Shown one piece after another: positions 13,114 to 25,136 of a stretch of DNA of 64,000 bases. Below the pieces are notes generated by a model. It ran no database searches, had not been told where the DNA came from, and was given only the letters and a program-made list of their open reading frames with translations. Each line of letters starts with the position of its first letter. Positions within the stretch are counted from its first letter, which is position 1. Source of the DNA: Pseudogymnoascus verrucosus. Lineage: Eukaryota. The DNA lies in assembly GCA_001662655.1 (NCBI GenBank), contig KV460216.1. One strand, written 5' to 3'. The position numbers and the translations under genes were made by a program.

Positions 13114-14894
13114 ATGAAGACAACAACCACCACCCTTCTCCTCGCCGCGCTGGGAGCAGTAACACCCACCTCCAGCACCACCACCACAACCAACTGCGTA
13201 AAGCCCCCCTTCCCTCCCCCCCCAAGTCCAAACCAACAGCTCCAAGACTAACAACCCCCCCGTGCCAACTCCTCCACTCCTCCCTCCCCACCCTCCTCTC
13301 CTTCCCCCCCTCCGCCCCCTACAACCACACAACCTCCACCTACTGGTCCCTCACCTCCTCCCTCCTCACACCCTCCTGCATCCTCCTCCCCACCACCGCC
13401 GATGATATCTCAACCGCTCTCTCCTTCCTCTCTCTCCACCCCTCATGTCGTTTCGCTATCAAGGGGGGAGGTCACAACCCCGCCGCGGGATTCTCGTCCA
13501 TCGGTGAGGGGGGGGTGACGATCGATATGTCCGGCTTGTCAAGTATTGAAGTCAATGAGGAGCGATCGGTTGTGAAGGTGGGAGCAGGAGCGAAGTGGTT
13601 AAGCGTGTATCAATTCCTCGACCCCCTGGGTGTTGCCGTAGCAGGTGGACGGAACGGCGACGTCGGCGTAGGCGGTCTTCTTCTCGGTGGTGGGATCGCG
13701 CATTTCTCCCCTAGAGTGGGGTGGGCGTGTGATAACGTCGTGAATTTCGAGGTCAGTTCGTCCATCTTCCCCTCCCCCCCAACCCCCCTTTCCTTCCAAA
13801 GGCCACGAAATATCCTAATGCGAGAAACCCCTAGATCGTCCTAGGAAACGGCACCCTCACAAACGCAAACCTCACCTCCCACCCCTCCCTCTTCCGTGCT
13901 CTTAAGGGGGGCGCTAACAACTTCGGCATCGTAACGCGGGTTGATCTCTCCACCTTTCCCCAGGGTGACATCGCTTCATCGCTGGTGTTCAATGATATCG
14001 CGCAGCGCGGGGCGGTGTTAAAAGCATTCACTGATATCGCCGACGCCGCTGAATTCGATGTCTATGCTTCTCTCGTGACGAGTTTGGTGTATACCTCCAG
14101 CACGAAGGGGTGGGAGATAATCAACATAGTAGCCTACACCGCGCCCATCGCCCAACCAGCCGTGTTCAAGGACCTCCTCTCCATCCCCAGCACCACGAAC
14201 AAAACATCCCTATCCATAACCACCCTAGCAGCTCTAGCAGATGAATCCCAAACCGCACCCTCGTGAGCCACCATACCACCCACCCACCAGATCCAAATAT
14301 CCAACTATCCAACATGAGATGAGAACCCCAGACTAACAAGTGCACAGAAACCAAATCATGGCCACCGCGACATTCAAGCCCTCCCTAACACTCATGCTCG
14401 AGTTCTATCATATAGCGAATGAGTTCTTCACCTCCTTTGACGCTAATGGGGGGATAACATGGCTGTTGACTTTCGAACCCCTCGTCGCTGCCATGGTTCC
14501 CTTATCTCGGAGCAGTAGCAGCCAAGGAAACGTCCTCGGTCTCGGGCCAGAGGATAAGGGGTTCAGTAAGTTTATCGACCACATCCAATAACTCCAAAGA
14601 TCCATGCTAAATCTCACATTCACAGTCCTCCTCCTCTCAGCCAGCTGGGCAGATACCGCGTCAACAAAGGCAGTGCAAGACGCTACACGCCATGTAATGT
14701 CCTTACTAGAGTCATCTGCAGAGGAAAAGGGGTTGTTATTGAAGTTCCAGTATCTCAATTACGCAGCAGCGAATCAGACTCCACTAGAGTCATATGGGGA
14801 GGAGAATCTGAAGTTTTTGAGGGGGGTGAGTAGGGAGTATGATCCAAAGGGGGTTTTCCAGAAACAAGTCCCAGGAGGGTTTAAGTTGTGGTAG
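13114..14894 (+). CDS. Secreted FAD-linked oxidoreductase (VAO/BBE-like), 5 exons; intron 1 lacks a canonical AG
   Basis: Signal-like start [25 protein letters not shown] (covalent-FAD His position), [33 protein letters not shown]...[17 protein letters not shown]. Confidence 0.88.
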
Positions 14895-15112
14895 CGTAGG
14901 GGTTACATACCTGATAGATTAAAGGGGTTGAATATCAACAAGGCAAAGCAGCTTGGTTAGAGTCTTGTGTGTTCCCATAAAACATCAGTATTAGGCGTAT
15001 CAATAAACTGCGAGTACTAAACACCAAAACTCCAATACAACAGCTAACCTACCGAAACCCAAAAGACAAGCAAACAACCTACGCCAGGCCATAGGCGACA
15101 CGGCCAAGCCAA

Positions 15113-16647
15113 CTACTTCTCCAAAGGCCTCAAAGGACAATCCCCATACGGCCCACCATACACAATATAATTCGCCTCCATGCCCTTACTCAGATGCGTC
15201 GTGAAATGGCAGATAAGCTGCCACCACCCCGGATTCAACGCCGTCATCAGCACAGACGTCATCTGGCCCGGGTTGAGCACGACTGTGGCGGACGTGGCGC
15301 CGGTCACGGCGTCGACCGTGTTCTCCCCGTGCATGTGGAAGACGTGCGTGTCGAAGCCCATGTCGTAGAGGTACCAGATGATGGGGTCGTTGACGCACAT
15401 GGAGAAGGCGGGGTTGTTGGCGTAAATGTAGCCGTTGATCTGTGGATGTGTTAGTTGGCTTGTTCGAGTGGTTGGAGGTGTGATGCAAAAAGGGAAAGGG
15501 GGCTGTTACCGGGAAGAAATTCGGTGCCATGGTGGTAGTAACATTAGTCTTGGGCGTGTTGATGAACTGCGGGTACCAAATACTATAATTCCCAACACCT
15601 TGGGTCACCGTTGGATACTGAAATGACAAGTTGGCGACCTGGGATGCCATGCCAGGGAGGTACTTCTGGACATTGTGCAGAGCGAGGAAGGAATTCGACT
15701 CCTGGTTGTCCGAGTAGACGAGCACGAATTCGCGGTTACCCTTCATCACGACCTCCATTCGCCCTGGGTTGTAGATGATCACCGGACCGTATGAGCCAGC
15801 GTCTGTGTCTTGGTACATACTGACGTAGGGGTGATAGGAGAATATACGGCTGTCGTGGCCAGGGTTGGGAGCTGAGCCTGACGGGACGAGCCTGGTGGGT
15901 GTTAGTACATCATCATCTGAAGTCAGGAGTTGTTGGAAATAGGGGTAGAGCCACCATTTGTAGACGAAGCATTCTCCAGGGGGGACAGCATTCCCGATGG
16001 TGACAGCTTCGGTCCCATTATAATAAACACTTCCCTCCGACTCCTTGGTGTAGTACAACCCCATCGAATGCATGCTGGAGAAGAAATGATCCACCTTATT
16101 CACAAACATGATCTTCAGCGTGTCAGCACATTTCCGCATCAACCGAAGCAACACAACACTCCCAACGTCAGAGAACTTACCTCGATCATATCACCAACCT
16201 CAGCACGGATGATAGGTCCCTGAAGACCAAGCCATTCGGGCTGCTTGGAACGTTCCCTGAACGAGGCATCCGTGTATCCCTTATATTGCGCCTTGTCGAA
16301 CTTGGTCCCGATGCTCGTGTCCGAGGCGATGTATCCGTATGTCTGGGCACGGAAGGACTCATTCATTGGTACACCAAGCCAGTTGTCCCAGCCTACGGAG
16401 CAGAGAGTTAGAATTTGGGTTGCATATGGAAACTCATCCAGGGTGCCATACCTGTCGGAGCGTAATCCCATGGCTCAACTTCAGCGGCAACATAGTATCG
16501 ACGGACTCTACCAGAGAATGTAAAGGTCGGAGGGGTATAGTATGGCAAGTGGCCGTCCATACGGGCTTTGCAGTCCTCCCATTGTCGGCATGTGGCAACA
16601 GCAGCTGCTGCGAGGAGAAGATAAACAGAGGGTAGTAATGAATGCAT
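15113..16647 (-). CDS. Secreted two-cupredoxin-domain protein resembling one ceruloplasmin/hephaestin A unit, 5 exons
   Basis: Signal peptide; RRYYVAAEVEPWDYAP, YTDASF, WLGLQGPIIRAEVGD, SMHSMG, VPPGECFVYKW, INGY, HVFHMHG, GWWQLICHFTTHLSKGM (type-1 Cu ligands). Confidence 0.88.
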
Positions 16648-16836
16648 TGTAATGAATATCAAAAGAATGAGAACCAGGACTCGATAACAGGAATAGCAGA
16701 AACGACTGAATAAAGAGCGACAGCTAAGTTATAATGATGGGGGGAATGTTTTTTGTTTATTGTGAAGAGTTGTTTTTCTCAAAAGGTCGGGGGGAAGAAG
16801 AGATATAAGTAGGATAAGAGCAAGCCAGCAACCTTC

Positions 16837-17011
16837 TATAAAAGAAGGAACGATAGACTGTTGATATATAAGGAAAGAACGATAGACTGTTGATGTATGA
16901 GGAAGGCTCGATGGATTGTTGGTATACGAGGAAGGCACGGGGGACTGTCAGTATATGAGAAGAAGGAACGATGGACTATTGATATATGAGGAAGGCACGA
17001 CCGACTGTTAA
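16837..17011. repeat. Degenerate 29-bp minisatellite, 6 copies (consensus about TATATGAGGAAGGMACGATGGACTGTTGA)
   Basis: GAAGG/GAAAG cores at 16844, 16873, 16902, 16931, 16962 and 16991. Confidence 0.9.
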
Positions 17012-17426
17012 AACCGCGGGAAAAGGATTTTTTCTTCTGGATTTCTGTTGTTCTGTCCTACCAACTTTGTGTTCTCTGGCATTCTATAATGCCGTTCTGG
17101 GACTTGTAACCAGGCGTAACCAAGTAACCCCAGCGACGTGGACATTCATTGTCTGGTCGCGGGAACATAGACGATTGCCCCGGTTAGTGTTCTGTACTCA
17201 TATTTCCGTAATGGAGAAGAAGAGCGTTGATGGCCGGATATGTGTTCTCGGTGATAGGTCTTCTGTTCGGTGAACATTTGACATTCTGTATGACTAGCTG
17301 CACACACGACTGCTCAGTTAACAGCTGGTCACCACATAGAAACCCAAAGCATCCGCGGAGCCCTCGGAATCTTGGGAAAATGTTCAAAACGTCTTTATCT
17401 ACAAAATCTATATATCATCTAAACCC

Positions 17427-19232
17427 TCACGTAACACTAGTACACGTTCTATCCACCACCGGCCTCCCTCCTTTCCTCCCCCCATACCCATGCCCATGCG
17501 CTCCCCCCTCCCCCTCCACCCTCCCAAACACCGCCCTAGCCCTCAACTCCGCCACCGCCCGATCCAGCTCCAACTCCACACTACAATGATTCCTCACCCT
17601 CCCCAGCAGCGGCCACGTGGCCCTCTCCCCCGCCTCACACGCCCTAACCATAAACCCCGGCGTGGGATTTTTCAATATCGCCACGAAATCACGATACTCC
17701 ACCCTCGGCAGGATGGTGATATCGCCAGAGTACTTCTGAGACAGCATGTTGCGCGCCTTATTGCAGATATTCGGCAGCACGCCCAGCTGCGCCAGGACGT
17801 GGAGACGGTGCAGGGCTTCTGACTTGGCGAGGCGGGTGAGAGGAGCGAGGAGGGGCGCGAGGTGGGAGTTAAGCTTGAATGCGGAGGGTTGCGAGAGGCT
17901 GGGGGCGGAGGAGGAGAGGAAGGGCACGATGTGCGGGTTGACCTGCGAGACGATGAAGTGGTTTACATTAAACATCTCCGCGAGGCTAGTCATTGGGAGG
18001 TCATTATCGACGCTTCCATCGATCCAGCGCAGCGGTGTAGGGTTCCAGGGTGAGTGCTCGCCGGTGGCGGGATTCTTGGCGAGGATGTGCGCGGAGGAGA
18101 AGACGAAGGGGACGGAGCAGGAGGCGGCGACGGCGGACCAGATGAGCACGTTAGGGCTGGTGATGTAGTTTAGGAGGCGGGGGAGCTCGTAGATCGAGGA
18201 GGGCGAGACGCAGATGTTGAGGATGCGGCGCGTGCGATTGTAGGCTTCCTGGAAGGTCATGTCGCCGAGGAGCTCTTGCATCACTTTGGTGAGGTGCTTG
18301 ATGTCTATCCAGGCTCCGTCGGTGAGGAGGCGCGCGATATGTTCCAAGGCGCCTTCTTCGCGGTCATGCTCTTCGAAGACGGCAAGGTTCCCGTGAGGAA
18401 ATCCGCGCAGCACGTCGGGAATCTCTTCGTCAGTACGTGTGCACAGGACCGAGCAGACTATGGAGCCCGCCGATGCCCCAGAGATGATACGCGGGAGCAG
18501 CTTCTCCTCAAACAACGCCTTGAGAACGCCAATATGGTACATCCCGAGCGTCGCCCCGCCACTGAGCAGCAACGCACTCCTGCCAAACGCCTGCCGCGCA
18601 AGCACAACTTGCTCCATTAGATCTTTAGTATCCAGCCCCGGTGGCAGCGCCTTGTCTTCCGTCCTAGCCAGCCTCTGTATCGTCTCGATCGTCGCATCAA
18701 TATAGCTCTCGATCAGATCCTTTGTTCCCACATGCGAATGCTGGTATAACTCCACATTCCCCATCCCCCCCAACCCGCGCGACAGCGACGTCCGCACAAG
18801 GTACAACATTCGCCTCACATCCCCACTCGCCCGCGCCTCATTCAAGAGATCCAACCGCGCCTGAATCAGCGGGGCGTCAAACTCCGAAGTCTCATTATCC
18901 GTCTTCCACGCCTCGTTGCCTTCCAGTATATCCAGCTCCAGCGCCGCAGCCCTCCATTCTTCGACCCTTGTGGCGTCGCGCAACCGCTGGGTTACGAGGT
19001 GGATGTTTTCGGCTCTGTGCTGGGCTGCCAGCCGCTGGTTGGAGGTGAGGCCATCCCGCAGGTGGAGGACGGTCGAGGTGAGGTATGTGTTGGAGGTTTT
19101 GGCGAGCTGGGCGAGCTGGGGGAGGCTGCGTCGGGAGCGGGAGGTGTTGGCGGTCTGGGGTGTGGCGGCGATGGAGTCAACCCATGTTGCTGCGGAAGCG
19201 TGGGGTGTAGGAGTGTCGACGAGAGATAACAT
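17427..19232 (-). CDS. Patatin-domain triacylglycerol lipase (Tgl4/Tgl5/SDP1 family)
   Basis: LSGGATLG oxyanion loop, GASAGS nucleophile, WIDGSVDNDLP, FNVNHFIVSQVNPH, and a DUF3336-like N-terminal part (EEWRAAALELDILEGNEAWK). Confidence 0.93.
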   Translation of the reverse strand: MLSLVDTPTPHASAATWVDSIAATPQTANTSRSRRSLPQLAQLAKTSNTYLTSTVLHLRDGLTSNQRLAAQHRAENIHLVTQRLRDATRVEEWRAAALELDILEGNEAWKTDNETSEFDAPLIQARLDLLNEARASGDVRRMLYLVRTSLSRGLGGMGNVELYQHSHVGTKDLIESYIDATIETIQRLARTEDKALPPGLDTKDLMEQVVLARQAFGRSALLLSGGATLGMYHIGVLKALFEEKLLPRIISGASAGSIVCSVLCTRTDEEIPDVLRGFPHGNLAVFEEHDREEGALEHIARLLTDGAWIDIKHLTKVMQELLGDMTFQEAYNRTRRILNICVSPSSIYELPRLLNYITSPNVLIWSAVAASCSVPFVFSSAHILAKNPATGEHSPWNPTPLRWIDGSVDNDLPMTSLAEMFNVNHFIVSQVNPHIVPFLSSSAPSLSQPSAFKLNSHLAPLLAPLTRLAKSEALHRLHVLAQLGVLPNICNKARNMLSQKYSGDITILPRVEYRDFVAILKNPTPGFMVRACEAGERATWPLLGRVRNHCSVELELDRAVAELRARAVFGRVEGEGGAHGHGYGGRKGGRPVVDRTCTSVT

Positions 19233-20474
19233 AATGCCCCATGGGCGGGCGAGCGTTCAGTCGTGGTCGTGGCTATATCTGCAAGTGCGTCGGTATATTC
19301 GTCGTCGGGCTATAAATTCATCTTCGTGGCTTGTGCCTTGCGTTTCCTGTCTTGCCTTCGGACGAGAGTTGCCAACATAAGATGAGAACTAGCACTCTAG
19401 ATGAAATGGGGAGGATATAGTGGTAAATATACGACGATGTATGTAGTTACCATGACCTACTGAGAGAGTAGAGGCATCCTCGGGGCGCTGCCATCATCTT
19501 ACAGTCATCATTGTTGGCGTTGGCGTTCCCGTTCGTGCCTTTCACATGTCTCGTGATCATAGTAGGGTGTCCCGCGGTGTTCCAACCACTAAGTCCCAGC
19601 AAGTCGCAGCGCTGATCACTCTTAACGGGGACCCGCCAGTACCGCCGTAGCCACTTCGGTCCCACACTATCAAGATCTTGGATGCGATTCCAGATCTAAC
19701 AACCGGATTTCACGGAACCCCACAGTCTCATACACCGGAATTGGCTTAATTCCCATGTTTGAGGATTAGAATAGTCGTTGTTCCCGCTCTTTCAACGAGT
19801 TGAGAGTCTGTTGACTGGATCAGGAGAAAGGATGAGGGAAAGAGAGACGATACTCAACTTAGACAATCGTCACGTTATTCGACGGCTCTGGAGTGCTCTC
19901 TCTTGCTGTGTATAGCATGGTAAAAGTTAAAGTTGAGCTGCTAGAAGACGATTGAATTAATGCTTATATACTTCCAATCTATAGCAAATCTATAGCATAT
20001 ATTAGTATTGGAGAAGAGAAGAGTATGTTGTCTTGTCTTGTTGTGATTCAGAAGGGACAACTTGTTAGAGTATGAGTGAGTTTCTTGGGTTTCGTTTATT
20101 CCTCAGGCACCAACATCCTACACCACCAACTATGCAATCAATCACCGGGGACACACCTGGAGGAACAAGGAGTGAGTTTAAATATATGCGTATAAGCCAC
20201 TCAGCATGGGCATGTTGGTGTCATACCGTACAAATCCCGATTTCAATTTCACAAATCCTAAATCCCAAATCCCAGATCCCCATGCTAATTTCGGGCAACG
20301 GTAACCTGGAGAAAGCGCCCTAATCTTAAGCTCCATCGCAAATCCACATCGCCGAACACTACGACCGCCCTGTTATAGCCGCTGCCGCTCTACGGTCGTC
20401 CATTCACCCTCCCCTCCACGGTCCCCTCCTCCCCCTCCCCGACCTGTGCTCTCTCTCCCCGATCCTTCTCGAGA

Positions 20475-22783
20475 ATGCCCTTGTTCGGTGGACATCATAG
20501 GTCCAGCTCTTCAACTGCTTCTTCTTCAGCCCAACACAATGCTCCAGGCGGCATAACAGCAAATCTACTCCAAGCTGCGCAAGTTCTAGGCTCCGTGGGA
20601 ACGCCATCTGCTGCTGCCAGTACTCGGACCACTGCGGCGGCTACAGCCACAGCTCCTGCAGCTCCACCACCAGCCAGTCCCTATCGCTCCTCCCCCACAG
20701 CCTCCTCCCACACCTTCAATGCGGCACCAGCCCAACCCGCCGCCCAACCTCCCAATCACAGTCCCCCGAACCCCATGATGTCGAACCCTGCCGCTCCCAA
20801 CAACGCGCAGCAACACTTCGAGACGCCGCGCCGACAGCAGGCCTACGCGCGACACCCCGACGAGCTGCACATGGGCGACGCCGACTCCGCCGCTGCTGCT
20901 GCCCAGAAGGGTCCCCTCTCACCACGCGACTACGGTCCCGGAGGCGCACCGCGTATAAACCTCGAGCAGGCCACCCCCGAGACCTCACACTACCAGAGCA
21001 ACCTCCCCGGTCCTCTCCAGAGCGGAGGAGGAGCCAGCAGGCCCCCGACCCTCTCCTCGAACAGCACCCCCGCCGTGCCAGCGTTGCAGACCACGATGCC
21101 AGCCGATCCGTTCGCGACGCCGCTGCGCTCGAACCAGAACCTCTCGCACAACTACTCGCGATCCAGTCCGTCGACAAATTACGATGGACAGGCGTACCAG
21201 CCGTACACGACTACGCCTGGCGGTGGGTCGGAGCTCTCGCAGTTCTCGACGCCCAGCTCGCTGAAGTACGCGCCGGGACAACAGAGGAACGTCTCGAATA
21301 CGCCGCTGGGGCTGGCAGATATCAGACCCCGCGCGGACTCGACGCTGTCAGATGCGGTGCTGCCGGGCGCCAATCCGTATTCTTATGACGGCGCGAATGC
21401 GGTGCCCACGAATAGCAATTACCTGGCGCCGTGGGCGATTTACGCGTTCGATTGGTGTAAATGGCCGTCGCACAATAATGATGCTGGAAAGGTTGCTGTA
21501 GGAAGCTACCTTGAGGATGGACATAACTTTGTAAGTTACTGTATTTGAGTCTACTTCTGCTTCTTGTGCTGACGTTCCTTTGTAGATACAAATCCTCGAA
21601 ACGTCGATCAAGCCTTCGTCACCGGAGCCATACTCACAATCCGCTCCCAAATACGGCCTCGAATTCTCTAAAATCGCAGAGGCTACCCATTCATACCCCG
21701 TCACACGCCTGCTATGGGAGCCGCCATCTTCCCAGAAGCAGTCGACGGATCTCCTCGCGACATCGGGCGACCACCTCCGACTATGGTCTCTCCCAGCAGA
21801 CATCTCCATGTCCAGCCACTCCAACTCCATAACCCGTTCTTCGAACCACGGACAGTCCCAGCCACCCAGCAAGCTCACCCCGCTAGCTCTGCTGTCCAAC
21901 TCCAAGACGCCAGAGCATACAGCTCCCCTCACATCCCTGGATTGGAACACCGTCTCTCCATCCCTCATAATCACCTCGAGCATCGACACCACCTGCACCA
22001 TCTGGGACATCCCCACCCTGACCGCCAAGACGCAGCTAATCGCCCACGACAAAGAAGTCTTCGATGTCCGCTTCTGCGCCAACAGCGTTGACGTGTTCGT
22101 AAGCTGTGGCGCCGACGGTAGTGTCCGCATGTTCGATTTACGTAGTCTGGAACACAGTACTATTATCTACGAGCCAACCGCCAAGGACGATAAAGGTATT
22201 ACCTCCTCCGCCCTTCCCCCCTTTCTCCCCTAACTCGAATAAACAATAAACCCCCAACTAACACCCACCAGACCACAACACCCCATCCGGCCGAATCTCC
22301 CCCACCCTCGCCCAACAAACCATGGCCTACGCCCCCCCCCTCCTCCGCCTCGCCGCCTCCCCACACGACACCCACCTCCTCGCCACCTTCTCCCAAGACT
22401 CAAAACTAATCCGCATCCTCGACGTCCGACAGCCCGGCCAAGCCCTCCTCGAGCTCCACGGCCACTCGGCGGCCATAAACTGCATCGAGTGGAGTCCCTC
22501 GCGCCGCGGCACGCTGGCCAGTGGCGCGGATGATAGTCTGGTCTTGGTGTGGGATTTGCTTAATGCGAATCCGACCCAACAGCAGCAGCAGGGGGGGGTT
22601 AATGGCGTTGCGCCTGGTGCGGGAGCCGGCGGAGGAGAGAATATCAGAAGTCCGACGGCGAGCTGGAGGTGTGATTATGAGGTTGGGAATTTGAGTTGGG
22701 CCCCCAACAGCGCGTTGGGGAAGGATGGGAGTGAGACGCTTGGGGTTAGTGGGGGGAGGGGGATTTGGGGGGTTAGGTTTTGA
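20475..22783 (+). CDS. WD40 protein of the DCAF7/WDR68/AN11 family (YPL247C-like), 3 exons
   Basis: DLLATSGDHLRLW, APLTSLDWN, SSIDTTCTIWD, KTQLIAHDKEVFDV, CGADGSVRMFDLRSLEHSTIIYE. Introns 21531-21585 and 22196-22271. Confidence 0.93.
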
Positions 22784-23020
22784 TTTTTAGGTGCTGGTGC
22801 TGGTGGAAGGGAAAAGGGGGGAGGGGGGTGCTGGGGGGGTAGATAGAATGGAGGAGCATAGCTAGCATGGCGTTTATTTTTGGGATTGAAATGTGTGGCG
22901 TACGTACGTACGGATATATTGTGGGTGAGGATGCACGAAACCAAAATTCTGTTCCCCCACACCACAATTCCTCCCAGTGACCCATGCTACCCCCATACCC
23001 GTCACAGTGACCCACCCCCC

Positions 23021-24280
23021 TCACAAAGAAGCCTTCCCGCTCTCCTCAGCCCTCCTCCTCCTAATCGCCGTACTACTTATCTTCGCCGCAAACCCCTCCG
23101 TCTTACTCCCCCCACCATTCCCCCCCTCATCCTCCTCCCCCGCATCCAAAACATCAATCTCAAACACCTCCAGCGCCGCCCACCCCTTCTCCTCCCTCTT
23201 ATCATTCACCGCCTTCCCGCCATCGCGTGTTTCCCCTGACACGACGAGTGCTGAGACCACGGCATCGGTGATGGTTGGACCGAAGGGGTCTTGGATCTCT
23301 ACACATTCTATTGTGAGATTCGCAGATTTGAGATGGGTTGAGACGCCGCGGCCGTTGACGACGGGGGTGTCAAAGTGGGTGCGTGTTATATCTTCGGGGG
23401 TGGGGAGGGTGGTGAAGGAGAGGATGGGGAGGAGGAAGTTAATCACACCCTCCTCGCGCCGTTTCCAGCTCTCGAGCTGCTCGGCGTATTTCTTGTTTTT
23501 GAGGAGCTCGTCGCCTGTTACACCGATTATTAGACGGCGGTGGGGTGGTTGAGAGGTGCTGATGGCGGGGGGTTGGAGCATCAACGCCGTAGCGGTGAGG
23601 AGGAGTTTGTGCCCCGCGTGGAGGTGGTCGAATGTCCCCCCTACCGCGACGACGGAGTGGGTTTTTGACGACGGGTAGGGAGGAGGTGATGAGCTGGCGG
23701 TTTTGGCGACAACGGTGGTTTCGCCGGGGACGGTGCGGATGTGCCCGCGGAGAGGGGGGGAGTGGGTGTTTGCTAGTGTGGAGTAGCGTTGGAAGACTTG
23801 TTGGCCTTGTTCGCCGTCGACGCTGAAGATGAGATTCCAGCTCCGACGGGTCAGAGCGAGGGTTTGGAGGTCTATTATCGGACCTCCCGCGGCGGCGGCG
23901 GGGGAGTTGCTGCTTCCCTGGTAGCTGGGGGGTGGTTGAGAGGGGTCATATTCCACCAGCAACACCCGCGGATCAATCCCCCCCGGTCCATCGAGCTCGA
24001 TCCCCTTCTGCGCGCAGACGAGGGAAATGAGACTATACAGCTCCGCCAGTAAATGCTGACTTTCTCTGAATAAATGAGACCGCGGCTTCTCAGCTTGTCC
24101 GCGCAGTGCAGGCCATGGGACGGCGATGTCTAGCACGGCGATTGGGCTCACGCGGGCGGATGCTAGGTCGGCTAGGGCGGCTGTGAAGGCGGGGAGGTAG
24201 GCGGCTTTTAAGGAGGCGCGGTCTAGTGATTGTGGCGGGGGAGGGAGGAGGAGAAGGGAGGGGGTGGAGGAGGTGGACAT
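23021..24280 (-). CDS. CAB4: Phosphopantetheine adenylyltransferase (cytidylyltransferase fold)
   Basis: VAVGGTFDHLHAGHKLLL (HxGH), IQDPFGPTIT, LVVSGET, KISSTAIR. Confidence 0.92.
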   Translation of the reverse strand: MSTSSTPSLLLLPPPPQSLDRASLKAAYLPAFTAALADLASARVSPIAVLDIAVPWPALRGQAEKPRSHLFRESQHLLAELYSLISLVCAQKGIELDGPGGIDPRVLLVEYDPSQPPPSYQGSSNSPAAAAGGPIIDLQTLALTRRSWNLIFSVDGEQGQQVFQRYSTLANTHSPPLRGHIRTVPGETTVVAKTASSSPPPYPSSKTHSVVAVGGTFDHLHAGHKLLLTATALMLQPPAISTSQPPHRRLIIGVTGDELLKNKKYAEQLESWKRREEGVINFLLPILSFTTLPTPEDITRTHFDTPVVNGRGVSTHLKSANLTIECVEIQDPFGPTITDAVVSALVVSGETRDGGKAVNDKREEKGWAALEVFEIDVLDAGEEDEGGNGGGSKTEGFAAKISSTAIRRRRAEESGKASL

Positions 24281-25090
24281 GGTGTTCTTGGGGGGTGTTT
24301 GGTGGGGAGGTTGTATGCCGCTGGGTTGGTCTTAAAAAGTGATAAAAGGAAGGCAAGATATGTTTAGGATATGGTAATCCAGCCAGGCGGGGCCGAATGG
24401 TAATGCTCCGAGGCTGTTCGGTAGCTTGGTTTAGCTTCTGATTGGTTGGAAATGGAGGGGCAGATGTTGATTAGTAAGCGATGACGGAGTGCGGGGAAAA
24501 GTGGTTCCGTCGCAAAATCGATTTAGACGATATATACCACTCCGCCAGTGGTCGTTTTGGCCTAAAGGTCTAGAGGAACACCCTATGGTTAGGCTAGGGA
24601 TTAATACTAGCAATTGAAGTTAATAGAATTCCTCGCTTTGGCTCTATTCTAAATAACTCAATATACAAACCCTATTAGCTTAAATTGGTCGTATCAACCC
24701 TAACGTATTCACAGTCCTCCTTGAGACTCTCGAGCGGCACGAGTACTAACCAGCCCTACTCCTTCGTATAGTAGTGATAAGAAAGTCATTGGCCTACATA
24801 ATACGACGGTTTCGTAAACGACATTCTAATGCATATCAGCTGCGACGTCGGCCACATGTCAGCCGCATGTGTGTTTCCTTTTTCGCCCAAAACCCCCATG
24901 TCTTGTGAGTATCGTAAGCACCGGCCATCTGTGCGACATGTGGGGTCCATTTCAGCACGACAGGGCTGCGAGATGTCCCTTTTCCTGATCGCCGGCTGGT
25001 TGGTGGGGTGGGTGGTGCACAGGATCACTGGCGCACAGTGTCTTTCCTAAGATTCTGCAGTGGACAGACGATAAGGATGCATAACATACC

Positions 25091-25136
25091 TACAGTACCA
25101 TAGTAGAGTACCATAGTACAGTACCATAGTACAGTA
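25091..25136. repeat. 13-bp tandem repeat (TACAGTACCATAG), about 3.5 copies
   Basis: Directly visible in the long intergenic region. Confidence 0.75.

Noticed and set aside
16837..17011. CRISPR-like appearance of the 29-bp repeats
   Set aside because: Units abut with no unique spacers, there are no cas genes, and the context is eukaryotic.
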